Shown here one piece after another: positions 19,371 to 28,846 of a stretch of 64,000 nt of DNA. A model generated the notes under the pieces. It was not told the DNA's origin. It searched no databases and saw only the letters and a list, made by a program, of their open reading frames with translations. Origin of the DNA: Laspinema olomoucense D3b (GTDB lineage Bacteria; Cyanobacteriota; Cyanobacteriia; Cyanobacteriales; Laspinemataceae); assembly GCF_025370785.1 (NCBI RefSeq), contig NZ_JAMXFA010000001.1, forward strand, positions 171,902 to 235,901. Direction: 5' to 3'. The position numbers and the translations under genes are program-made. Position 1 is the first letter of the stretch; the number at the start of each line of letters is the position of its first letter.

Positions 19371-19503
19371 CAGGCACGAAACCGATTCTTTGGCATTTTC
19401 CCCCTTGTAGCGATGCCCTAATGCGTCGTTGCTCTCCTGTGGTTCTTTCGGACTTAATTTAGGGTTAGGTTGACGATTCAAGGAAAACTAACACGCGCAA
19501 TAG

Positions 19504-21009
19504 TTACCCGATCCGACTCTTTGGGTTCACTTTAGCCAACAGGGTTTGGGACCGCCAGAATAATGCTCTGCCGAGCCTTTTAAAGAAGAGAGTTCCATGC
19601 TTTTTGAGCCAATAAATGCCCCAAGGGCTGAAGGCGAGTTGGACTGCATAAGCTAACTGAGATTGCCTCAATTTTTGAGCGTTTAGAAAGGTCGAAATCG
19701 CTTGGAGGTCTTCTAGGTCCTGTGGGGTTTTGCGTGCTTGCTTGAGCGCAATTACCGTGTCTAGGGAAGCAAATTTTAAACCGGCGTAGTAGAAGTAATG
19801 TTCTGGATTGAAAATGATATCGTCTTTTTGTAGTCCATTGGCGGGAAGTTGGGAGTTGTGACTGGAGGCGATCGCTAGTTGAGTAATCTGATCAAATCCT
19901 TTGTGCAGAACATCTAACTGATCGCAATCTCGGATTCCGTATGCTGCAAGTACAGCGCGATCGCTCAAACAAACCCACTCCGAATCAATCTGATTTTCTT
20001 CTAACTCTTGGCGATACTTGCTTAATTGCTCGTGAAAGCGGGAAGAGGGATTCAATTGAGTCCTATTTAAAAACCTGATACTGTTTTCGTTTAACAACAG
20101 TTCAGCCAATTCTAGGGTCTGCTCATGGGTTTGGGTGAGGTACACCGACTCAGTTTTGTAATCCCATAAGGCATTGAGCTTCTGTTTTGCTGCGATCGCC
20201 TCCTCTAACGTTTCCGATTCAAACACATAAACTCGGGTAATTCCTGAACGCGGGGGTTTCTTTTTTTGTGACCCAGTGATGAGAGCCAAATGATGCTTGA
20301 AATGAGCCATTCCTGACTTCCATAAAAAAACATCTTTTTGATAATAAATTCGGCCCTGGGCCTTCAAAATATCTTCAACTTCTTGAGATTTGCCCAGGAA
20401 TGAAGGTTCTATAATAACCAAATAAGTATTGGGCTTTAACCGACAATATTCTAAAGCCATTGCATCGGAAAATATTCCCTTAAATCCTCGGTCTTCAAAG
20501 TGGCGATAATCCAGGGGTATCGGAGGATTATTTTCGTCAATTTCTGTGGTTAATAAGGCTGCTATCTCGCAATTATATAACAGGCAAGCCACTGTGCGAT
20601 GCCCGCCATCCACCAGATAATCATTCACCATAGGGACCAAACCATTTATGGTATCAAACCCGGACTCTTTAATCGAATCTAAAACCCGGTTAAACTCTTC
20701 AATAAATGCGGTTTTTCCTTCTTTACCTGATCCATCTGGTTCTTTATATCCATTCATGGTCTTAACATTGTTACAGTAGAGTTTCAAGGCCCAATCGGAC
20801 TCTATGCCCAACTCGCGATATTTAGCATAGATATACTTAGCCATTAAATCAAACCGGTAATAATTAATGAGTTCTTTGGGGTCAACGATGGCTACGATAT
20901 TTTCATCGTGAATTTTAGTATGTCTAAGTGCCAGTATAGTCAGCTTCTGAGTGACTTCTGGGCCGACAATTTTTTGGGACTTGGGCGAAAGAGAATAAGA
21001 GCGCTTCAT
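19504..21009 (-). CDS. Hypothetical protein with ParB/Srx-like N-terminal domain (DGGHR motif), last gene of the EPS locus
   Basis: The likely start is MKRSYSL at 21009. The segment GLVPMVNDYLVDGGHRTVACLL matches the ParB N-terminal / sulfiredoxin-fold nucleotide-binding motif (GLLxPIxV...Y.LIxGxRRxxAxxL). The remaining ~330 aa have no recognisable domain. It is co-directional with, and immediately downstream of, wzx. Confidence 0.5.
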   Translation of the reverse strand: MKRSYSLSPKSQKIVGPEVTQKLTILALRHTKIHDENIVAIVDPKELINYYRFDLMAKYIYAKYRELGIESDWALKLYCNNVKTMNGYKEPDGSGKEGKTAFIEEFNRVLDSIKESGFDTINGLVPMVNDYLVDGGHRTVACLLYNCEIAALLTTEIDENNPPIPLDYRHFEDRGFKGIFSDAMALEYCRLKPNTYLVIIEPSFLGKSQEVEDILKAQGRIYYQKDVFLWKSGMAHFKHHLALITGSQKKKPPRSGITRVYVFESETLEEAIAAKQKLNALWDYKTESVYLTQTHEQTLELAELLLNENSIRFLNRTQLNPSSRFHEQLSKYRQELEENQIDSEWVCLSDRAVLAAYGIRDCDQLDVLHKGFDQITQLAIASSHNSQLPANGLQKDDIIFNPEHYFYYAGLKFASLDTVIALKQARKTPQDLEDLQAISTFLNAQKLRQSQLAYAVQLAFSPWGIYWLKKHGTLFFKRLGRALFWRSQTLLAKVNPKSRIG

Positions 21010-21028
21010 CGTTCTATATGGGTAAGGA

Positions 21029-22300
21029 TTATTTGAGGGCAACGGATAGGGAATCTTTTTTAAAGACTTTGGCGATCGCCCAGATTCCAAAGATTGGTAA
21101 AACCACCAACTGAGACAAAAGAACACCTGCCGCTACCGCCAGGATTCCCCAACGGACGCAAATCAATAACGTCAGACCAAAAATGCAGGTATAAATCAGA
21201 TTAAAGTAAAGGGTAATTTTAGTTTTTCCGACGGTATTGAGGAGGTCATTGGTAAAGATAGAAAAAGAAAAAGGCAGGACCGACAGGCAAATCAAAATTA
21301 AGATGGGAATTCCTTCTGTCCATTTTTCCCCAAATACCAATGGGACGTAAAATGGTGCTAAACCGGCCTGCAATGCAATAAATGGGATGATAATCGAAAA
21401 GGTCTTTTTCAGGCTGCTGAAATATCTAACTTTTAGCTGCTGGATATCATGCTTAACTTGACACAAGTAGGGAAACAAGGCAGTGGTGAAGGCATTAATC
21501 ACATTGCGACTAATTCCAAATCCGGCATTAAAAGCAAAATAATATAAGCCCAAGGCATCCATTCCCAACCCCCGGCCAATAATTAAGTAATCGATATTAT
21601 TCCGGACCTGCTGTAATAAACTTACCCCCAGTAAGTTTCCGCCAAAATGAACAATTTCTTTCCATCGATGTAGGCTGAAGGCTTGCGGGGGCCGCCAGGG
21701 GTGATATCGCCAAAGAACGATAATCCAGATGGGAGTCGTTAGAATCATGGGCCAAACTACGGCCCAGACTCCCATACCTAATAGGGCTAATATGACAGTG
21801 ATGGCGTTGGCAACCAGGGATTGTAAGACCTGACATAAGGCGGTAACTTTGAGGCGATTTTCTCGTTGAATTAATGCGCCATTAATCAGGTAAAAAGGCA
21901 TCATCAAGTAAATTAAAGCTGAGGCACAAATTGGCCAAACCAGTTCGGGGCTTCCGTAAAATACGCTAATCGGAAACGCTAACATGAGTAGTAGAACAAA
22001 AATGCCAAAGCATAACATCCAGTTCAGCCAATAAGAGGTATTGCTAATTACCAAGAGTTCCCCCTCTTCTGCCTGAATGATTTTCGCCCCGATTCCCTTT
22101 CTCAGGGTGAATACATTGGCGAATTCAACAACCGTAAAAATCACGGCGGTCAGTCCGTACTCGGTGGCAGTAAAGGTACGGGCCAGGGTGACCGTGGTCG
22201 CTAATCGAAAGATGCGATTAAATAATTCTGCACCCCCCATCCAGCCAACATTTTGAATAAATTGGCCGGAAAAGATCTGCTTGATTTTCTGAGTTAACAT
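21029..22300 (-). CDS. wzx: Polysaccharide flippase (Wzx / MOP-family oligosaccharide translocase)
   Basis: 423 aa protein with about 12 TM segments and the polysacc_synt-type N-terminus (FIQNVGWMGGAELFNRIFRLATTVTLARTF). It is embedded in the glycosyltransferase cluster. Confidence 0.75.
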   Translation of the reverse strand: MLTQKIKQIFSGQFIQNVGWMGGAELFNRIFRLATTVTLARTFTATEYGLTAVIFTVVEFANVFTLRKGIGAKIIQAEEGELLVISNTSYWLNWMLCFGIFVLLLMLAFPISVFYGSPELVWPICASALIYLMMPFYLINGALIQRENRLKVTALCQVLQSLVANAITVILALLGMGVWAVVWPMILTTPIWIIVLWRYHPWRPPQAFSLHRWKEIVHFGGNLLGVSLLQQVRNNIDYLIIGRGLGMDALGLYYFAFNAGFGISRNVINAFTTALFPYLCQVKHDIQQLKVRYFSSLKKTFSIIIPFIALQAGLAPFYVPLVFGEKWTEGIPILILICLSVLPFSFSIFTNDLLNTVGKTKITLYFNLIYTCIFGLTLLICVRWGILAVAAGVLLSQLVVLPIFGIWAIAKVFKKDSLSVALK

Positions 22301-22371
22301 AACAACATTAATTCCCTGGGTACGCTTTGACTGAGTTGGCAGCTAGAAAATCATCTCATTTTAATGCCGAT

Positions 22372-23373
22372 TCATGAAGGTTTATTCCCAGGCTGTAACC
22401 GGGGATCTGGGATAGAGAGGCTTTTTCGGATGGAGTGAAACAGATAATTAGCCAGGGGTTTAGGCAAGAGTTTTTTAATCAATAATTTGACCAATATTTT
22501 TTGGAAAGTCCGATCGCCAATAATCAGGCTGGGTTGCAAGGCGATCGCAGCTTTCACGTGTTTTTGGGCTTTCACCATCGCATCCCTATCTTGACTGCGT
22601 TGTAAGTAAAGTTCAGCACAATATTTATGAAAATTGGTGAAAGTCAGCGTTTTGAGATGTTGCAATTCTGGCGGTGCAGCTTTATAAGCTTTCTCCATAG
22701 CAATTAACGCTTCTCGTTCCATCACTTCAACCTTAGATGACATCGATCCAGGCATCCGCCGATAAAAAATTTGGCATTTTTTAACAACCACAAAAGGCCA
22801 TTTAGCGGCCAATCTGAGCCAATAGTCCCAATCGGCACAACCCGCACAGGTTTGGTCAAATTCACCCACCGATGCGATAGCTTCTCGCCGCATTAAGGTA
22901 TTAGATCCACTATGAATAAAATCCTGAACTAATAAATTTTTATAAACGTTTCCCGTCCATTGATATTCCAAGGAAGGAAGAAAGGTGGGAGGGGTCTGGC
23001 TATCAGTTATATCCATAAAACAAGTCCAACTATAAGCAACTCCTGCCTCTGGATGCTCCTGGAGGGCAGTATATTGTTTCTCTAACTTATCTAATGTCCA
23101 TAAATCATCCGCATCCAGAAACGCAATCAATTCTCCTTTTGCTAGGAAAATTCCCCGATTACGGGCAACACAAACTCCGCCGTTAGGATAGCTGATTACC
23201 CGGACCCGGGAATCAGAAATGCTCTCCACGACGGTTTGAGTATTATCCTGAGATCCATCATTAATGACTAACAGTTCAAAGTCTGTAAATGTTTGCTTTA
23301 AAACTGAATCAATTGTCTCTAAAATCGTGGCTTCGGCATTGTAGGCGGGGATAATTACAGAAATTTTAGGCAT
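22372..23373 (-). CDS. Glycosyltransferase family 2
   Basis: N-terminal GT-A signature ISVIIPAYNAE...LLVINDGSQD...DADD. Confidence 0.9.
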   Translation of the reverse strand: MPKISVIIPAYNAEATILETIDSVLKQTFTDFELLVINDGSQDNTQTVVESISDSRVRVISYPNGGVCVARNRGIFLAKGELIAFLDADDLWTLDKLEKQYTALQEHPEAGVAYSWTCFMDITDSQTPPTFLPSLEYQWTGNVYKNLLVQDFIHSGSNTLMRREAIASVGEFDQTCAGCADWDYWLRLAAKWPFVVVKKCQIFYRRMPGSMSSKVEVMEREALIAMEKAYKAAPPELQHLKTLTFTNFHKYCAELYLQRSQDRDAMVKAQKHVKAAIALQPSLIIGDRTFQKILVKLLIKKLLPKPLANYLFHSIRKSLSIPDPRLQPGNKPS

Positions 23374-23499
23374 CAGTTAACCTCTCAATCGATAGAATAG
23401 GGACTTGGAATCTGGCTCCCCTTCTCTTCGGGGAAAAGGGGCAAAGGGGATGAGGGCTGCTAAACGGTCGGATGCACCGCCGTGTAGAGAAAGTTTCCC

Positions 23500-24927
23500 T
23501 CAGAACAAGAGAGAAGATTGCTCCGGTTGTCCGACTTTGATTTCTGGAACAGCCGGGGGGCTTACAACATTGGGTAGAAGAGCCTCTCGGAGTTGCTTGC
23601 CAATGACTTCCGGTGAAAAACAACGCTCTACGCGACGGCGAGCGCGATCGCCTAACTCTCGACTCCATGCGGGATCATCTAACAACCGTCCCAGGGCGAT
23701 CGCCAATGCCGCAGCATCCCCGCGAGGCACAATTATGCCGCCGGAGTCTTCCCCTCCTTCCAAAATATCCGCAATCCCTGACGCATCCGCAGCAACGAGG
23801 GGAAGGCTACAAGCCATTGCCTCAATGGGAGCAACAGGAAAGCCTTCTTGACGGGAGGGGAAGGCATAAATATTCGCGGCAGACAGGTATCGTTGAATCA
23901 CTGTGCGATCGCAGACAAACTGGTTTAACCACTGGATTCCCCGCAGTGACATCCCTTCAATCCGTTCCTGAAAAACGTCTGCCTCTGTACCCGTACCGAC
24001 GATCAGCAGGCGTAAATCCCGATCCGGGCGATCGCTACAGATTTGTTGCCACGCCTCTAACAAAATATCTAATCCTTTGTCTTGTATGTCTATTCGTCCA
24101 TGCCAGACGACTACCTCAGCATTCACCGGAATCCCCAAGCTATTTCGCGCTGCCGTTTGATCTTGGCGTTGCCATGCGGCGACATTTAAAGGGTTAAAAA
24201 TTCGGGCAATTTTGGATGCAGAAATGCCATACTGATGACGAATCCGCGCCGCTTCCGTTTGGCTGGCAACAATCACACCGGCACAGCTATGTAACGCCAG
24301 ATATCGTCCCGGAACTTCTATCAAACTCTTCGTGCGATCGCTCCCCTGGAAGGTGGCATAAGTCGGCAACCCCATCCACTTTCCTAACAACACCGAACTA
24401 TCAAACCGGGCATACTCATACTCTTGGCATAAAATAGCTTGACAATTCTCCTTGCGTAATTCTTTCGCCAGCAAATCCAGGGGGGTAGATAGATAACTGC
24501 CTCCGCTTTGTACCAAATTTTTCAAAACGCTCACGAAGGACTTCCGCACAGAATTGCTATCCTGAAAATTTTTAAAGGTTTCCCCCTCTTGAACCCCATA
24601 GCCTCGCAACAATTTTAAGCGGATCCGGCGATAAACATTATAAATCGGCCAAGGGGGTAAGACACAGATTTGAGTCCCGGTGGGCTGGTGAATAAAGCGA
24701 CAGGGTTTCTCAACTTGAGCGGAAATACAAAATAAGATAGTTCGGACTCCCACCCGGTTCAGGGCATCCACATAACCAAACATCCAACTTCCGACAAATT
24801 CTTGACAAAAGGTTTCTAAAGAAATATTGAGACTGTGTAAAAAGTCATCAATTAAGTCGGCGTAAGGAAGTAAGGCGATCGTAGGCTTTCCATGAGATTC
24901 TAAGGGTTCGGAGGATGGTATATTCAC
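23500..24927 (-). CDS. Glycosyltransferase family 1 (GT4-like, GT-B fold)
   Basis: C-terminal GT1 motifs (FPSRQEGFPVAPIEAMACSLPLVAADASG, an E-x7-E region). Confidence 0.8.
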   Translation of the reverse strand: MNIPSSEPLESHGKPTIALLPYADLIDDFLHSLNISLETFCQEFVGSWMFGYVDALNRVGVRTILFCISAQVEKPCRFIHQPTGTQICVLPPWPIYNVYRRIRLKLLRGYGVQEGETFKNFQDSNSVRKSFVSVLKNLVQSGGSYLSTPLDLLAKELRKENCQAILCQEYEYARFDSSVLLGKWMGLPTYATFQGSDRTKSLIEVPGRYLALHSCAGVIVASQTEAARIRHQYGISASKIARIFNPLNVAAWQRQDQTAARNSLGIPVNAEVVVWHGRIDIQDKGLDILLEAWQQICSDRPDRDLRLLIVGTGTEADVFQERIEGMSLRGIQWLNQFVCDRTVIQRYLSAANIYAFPSRQEGFPVAPIEAMACSLPLVAADASGIADILEGGEDSGGIIVPRGDAAALAIALGRLLDDPAWSRELGDRARRRVERCFSPEVIGKQLREALLPNVVSPPAVPEIKVGQPEQSSLLF

Positions 24928-24995
24928 GATGGTTAGTTGAGTTTATTTTCTAATGGCTTGAGGCTTATTACCCAGGAGGAGTAATCATTGAGGGT

Positions 24996-26129
24996 TTAGG
25001 AGCCGCAAACCCTGCAAGCCGTCGGTTCCCCTAAAGGAGGGGCTAACGGACGACGCGGGGTTCCCCCACCCCCGATGCTACTGGGGGAATTATTTTTTAC
25101 GATCGCCAGGGCTTGAAATAACTGATTTACATCATCGAAGAAATCCCCGGAAGTGCCGCCAAATGTATATCCATAGGTCGCCAGAAATTCTTCTTTAACA
25201 CCGTTTTCGATGGCGATATTATGGGTATCAATCGCCGTATCGTCTACAATATAACCTCCATAATCTTGAAGGGCCTCGAACAATTTTTTCCCCGGAATAG
25301 TTTTTAGTCCCAGACTTTCTGCGGTAACATCTGGGGGAATGGCAAGCAATGCACCCATGACTAAATCGGGATTGGAACCCCCATACCGGGAACGGCTATC
25401 GGGATTAAAAGCATAAGCATCAGCCCGAATCGCAGGCCATCGATAGCCCGGGGGATTATTATAGAGATATTTATGAGCGTAAATTAATAACTTTAAGGCA
25501 TGGCGAAGGGGAGGCGCTTCGGGTAGCAGTTCTCCCAGGCGAATGGTCCCGCCAATGCTTGATAATCCGGACCCCCCTTGTCCTCCAGTGATTCCCGGTC
25601 CATAAATATCCTCTTGGCCCGGGGTTGGATGTCCGAATACTGGGCCCCCGGCTTCGCACCGAGTGAGAGGATTCATTTGAATCAATGTTCGCCCATCTGG
25701 GGCTAAAAAGGCAGCAGCATTATTGGGGGTTTTGGTGGGGGTCGCGTCGGATAGAATTAAATTGTGCGGAACGTGAATTTCTCCGAGTAATTCTCCTCCC
25801 AGTTCGCAACGCCCCGGCCCCCAATTTAGGGGAAGATACCAAGGAACAACGGGGTCGCTATCGGTGGTGACAATGTAGTAGTTCACTTCGGCTGAAACCC
25901 AGGGTGATGGACCAATTTCCGCTGGAATATATTCCGCTTGGGACCCAATTGGCCGATTCCAAATGCTATCGCAGGAAAAGGGCCATTGATGTTTATTTCG
26001 GGGCCTACCGGGACCGCAGGCGTTACTATAGCCGTTACTATTTGCAAACAGGAGAGTTAGGCTCGTCACAGTTGCCCCCAGCAGCATGATTAATAAATAA
26101 ATAATTTGCCTTTTTTGGTTCATCCCCAC
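24996..26129 (-). CDS. Secreted/anchored hypothetical protein, Gly-rich, within the EPS locus
   Basis: An N-terminal hydrophobic anchor (IIYLLIMLLGATVTSLTLLFA) is followed by Gly-rich segments (GPGITGGQGGSGLSSIGG) and a GGGGTPRRP tail. No catalytic motif is recognised. It lies between the GT2 and GT1 genes on the same strand. Confidence 0.5.
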   Translation of the reverse strand: MGMNQKRQIIYLLIMLLGATVTSLTLLFANSNGYSNACGPGRPRNKHQWPFSCDSIWNRPIGSQAEYIPAEIGPSPWVSAEVNYYIVTTDSDPVVPWYLPLNWGPGRCELGGELLGEIHVPHNLILSDATPTKTPNNAAAFLAPDGRTLIQMNPLTRCEAGGPVFGHPTPGQEDIYGPGITGGQGGSGLSSIGGTIRLGELLPEAPPLRHALKLLIYAHKYLYNNPPGYRWPAIRADAYAFNPDSRSRYGGSNPDLVMGALLAIPPDVTAESLGLKTIPGKKLFEALQDYGGYIVDDTAIDTHNIAIENGVKEEFLATYGYTFGGTSGDFFDDVNQLFQALAIVKNNSPSSIGGGGTPRRPLAPPLGEPTACRVCGS

Positions 26130-26380
26130 TTTTCGGAATCTTGTGATTAATTAAGATTAATATTTTCCATAATTGCAGTTTTGAGGAGTTCTTAGCTAAC
26201 TTTTTTCTTTTTTGGGACCATCTCCTGAAAGGCCCGAAGACCTGACATCACCCCCCTGCCCTCCTCCCCAAGACACAGGGGAGGGGGGTGAACTATTCTA
26301 AATTGAGATGCTCCCACTTTTTTCAGCATTTCCTAAAAAAATAACCGCAGGATTGAAAAGCATAAAAAACTGATTTGTGG

Positions 26381-27346
26381 TTAGTTTAATTGTAGCTTGA
26401 CGCGACGGCGCAGGGTATGAAAGAAGCGCAAAAATTTGTTGTAGTTTTCTGGTCCTAGTCCGGCCATTAAGGCGATCGCAATCCGCAGACGCAGATACTC
26501 TCGCTCCCAACGCACTTTAGGGTCGTGGGTAACCGCTTGAGTGGCAAAATCCAGGGCTTTTTTGTAATCTTTTTGAACGCTTTGTAAGGGTTTCCAGGCC
26601 AAACAAAGATGGGTTCGGGCATAGCTGCATCCCTTAAGATGTTGGTAACGGCTAGGGGCCGCAGCAAAGGCTTTTTCAATCACCAGGCTATAACTTTGTT
26701 CCATTGCGGCCCAATTTCGGGAAGCACTCTGGGAATGTTGCCGGTAATAAACTAGGGGTTCGGATATGGCTTTAAAAGGATAGTGTAAGGCAATTCGCAA
26801 CCACATATCCCAGTCTTCTACAAATGAGCGTAAATTAACATCGAATACGCCACAGGTTTCAAAACACTGGCGACGCACCATTGCCCCACTGCCACTCTCC
26901 ACAATATTCTGAAGGATTAGATGCTCCCAAACATTGCCTTCCTGGGAATTTTTAAACAGTCTTCCCGTGGGGATGCCATGTTCATTGATGAGTGCTACCC
27001 AGCTATAAACTAACCCCACATCTGGATTATTATCAAGACATTCTACCTGTTTTTGGAGTTTAGTAGGATGCCATAAATCATCCGCATCTAAAAAAGCTAA
27101 GTATTCTCCCGTTGCCGCTTCAATTCCGGTATTTCTGGCTCCGGACAAGCCTTTATTAACTTGAGAAATCAGTTTAATCCGAGGGTCAGTTTGTTGAGAA
27201 ACCCATGCTTCCGTGTGGTCGGTACTGCCATCATTAATGATAATTGCCTCAAAATCGGAGTAGGTTTGAGCCAGCAGACTCTGGAGGGTTTCCGGCAGAT
27301 AGGTCATGGAATTATAAGCGGGAATAATCACTGATACTTTAGGCAT
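26381..27346 (-). CDS. Glycosyltransferase family 2
   Basis: GT-A signature VSVIIPAYNS...AIIINDGSTD...DADD. Confidence 0.9.
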   Translation of the reverse strand: MPKVSVIIPAYNSMTYLPETLQSLLAQTYSDFEAIIINDGSTDHTEAWVSQQTDPRIKLISQVNKGLSGARNTGIEAATGEYLAFLDADDLWHPTKLQKQVECLDNNPDVGLVYSWVALINEHGIPTGRLFKNSQEGNVWEHLILQNIVESGSGAMVRRQCFETCGVFDVNLRSFVEDWDMWLRIALHYPFKAISEPLVYYRQHSQSASRNWAAMEQSYSLVIEKAFAAAPSRYQHLKGCSYARTHLCLAWKPLQSVQKDYKKALDFATQAVTHDPKVRWEREYLRLRIAIALMAGLGPENYNKFLRFFHTLRRRVKLQLN

Positions 27347-27358
27347 GAAAATAGTCTC

Positions 27359-28846
27359 CTAGGAAAAATAAACGGGATGAGGCTTGGGGGAAAGAGTCGG
27401 ACTAGGAACTAAGGAATTTGGCGATCGCTTCTCGTCCCAATCCCAACCGGCAATGGCAACCATAGTCCACCAGTATAAAAATAGGCTGGTATGAGTCCAG
27501 ATATTCTCGGTGATCATTCCCACCGGAATCGAGAGCCAAATTGCTAACAAAGTGAAGCAAAAATTGCGCTGAGCCGTCCCCGCAGGAGCAGCTCGAATGA
27601 GCCAAATGAGGCGGGCGATTGTGCTCAGCAACAACAACAAAAAGAAGACAAACCCCACCACTCCGCCTTCCACAAGAGCGCGAACGTAATCGTTATGAGG
27701 CTCCAGACCATTGGCACTAATATATTTGTTGGTCCCGAGCCCAAATCCCAATAAAGGATAATCCTGCCATTGTTTAATTAAATAAGTCCATTGGGCTAAA
27801 CGCCAATTGAAGCTATTCCCATCTCCTTGGGCGAGGAGAATTGCCCGCCACAGCTCCATATCTGGATTTCCGAGGGGGGTTTCTCCCAGGGAACCCAGGC
27901 GTTCCTGGCCAAATTCGGTACTCCCAAATAAAGCAATAATTAATCCAAAGCCCACGATTCCACCCAGCAAACTCGGCAGACTCAATTTTGGGGCAATTAA
28001 GGCCAAAATTAAAGTAGCCAGCATCATTAAGCCGAATAGAGACTTGGTATTCACGAACAAAAACGCGATCACCGCCAGGGCGATCGCCCAGGGCCATCTA
28101 GGGTTAGACTCCTGCTGTTTCCAATAGGTTAATCCCAGGAATAGCACCAGGAAGGTGGTAAAGGTATTGGGATGACCTAGGGTCCCATTAATTCGAGAAC
28201 CGGCTTCAAAGGGCAGACCATCAGTATTACCGGATCCATATACCAACATCGGAGGAAGGACGGAAGGGGGTAAGGCGAGTTGTAATATAGCCACAAAAGC
28301 AGGTATAACTAAGCCTAGAAACAGACAAGCGATCGCCTGTTGGGGAGTCACCCGGCCCTTAAGCTGCATCACTAACAAGTAAATCATCACCCAGGAAAAA
28401 AGCCGCACCCATTCCCGAATCGCTGAGGGTAAAAATGAGCCATCGAATCCCAAACCGCCCAGAGGGAGGAGGATGACCCATAGCCCTTGGATCACCAACC
28501 ATGCCAGAAGGAACCACCAGAAACCATCCACCTGTAAGGGTTGGTGAATCAGTAGCCGGACCAGGACATAAAGTAACGTCAGGGCAATCATGGCAAGTGC
28601 CCAGAGTGCGGGCATTTGTTGTGCGGAAAATACATCCAGGGAGGTCCGCACAATCAATAAACCCAGAATGGATACCTCGAAATAGGTAAAAAAGCAATAC
28701 AGGCCCCCGGCAGCAACAAAGGGTAAAGCCAGTAAAATGGGTTGAATGATGCCGATCGCCGTCCCCATTGCTCCAAGGACTACCCCCACCAGGGTTCCGA
28801 AAACCGTTAGATACAAACCAATCGGGGGGAATTTAGGACTTGCCAT
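27359..28846 (-). CDS. wzy: O-antigen ligase / Wzy-type polysaccharide polymerase family membrane protein
   Basis: 495 aa polytopic membrane protein with the Wzy_C-type conserved loop (GLEPHNDYVRALVEGG). Confidence 0.7.
   Translation of the reverse strand: MASPKFPPIGLYLTVFGTLVGVVLGAMGTAIGIIQPILLALPFVAAGGLYCFFTYFEVSILGLLIVRTSLDVFSAQQMPALWALAMIALTLLYVLVRLLIHQPLQVDGFWWFLLAWLVIQGLWVILLPLGGLGFDGSFLPSAIREWVRLFSWVMIYLLVMQLKGRVTPQQAIACLFLGLVIPAFVAILQLALPPSVLPPMLVYGSGNTDGLPFEAGSRINGTLGHPNTFTTFLVLFLGLTYWKQQESNPRWPWAIALAVIAFLFVNTKSLFGLMMLATLILALIAPKLSLPSLLGGIVGFGLIIALFGSTEFGQERLGSLGETPLGNPDMELWRAILLAQGDGNSFNWRLAQWTYLIKQWQDYPLLGFGLGTNKYISANGLEPHNDYVRALVEGGVVGFVFFLLLLLSTIARLIWLIRAAPAGTAQRNFCFTLLAIWLSIPVGMITENIWTHTSLFLYWWTMVAIAGWDWDEKRSPNSLVPSPTLSPKPHPVYFS

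Noticed and set aside
23366-23851. ORFs 23366-23668 (minus) and 23405-23851 (plus) overlapping the GT2-GT1 junction
   Set aside because: They overlap the glycosyltransferase genes, lack domain signatures and have Arg/Ser-rich alternative-frame composition. The 126-bp gap between the two GT genes is better explained as intergenic.
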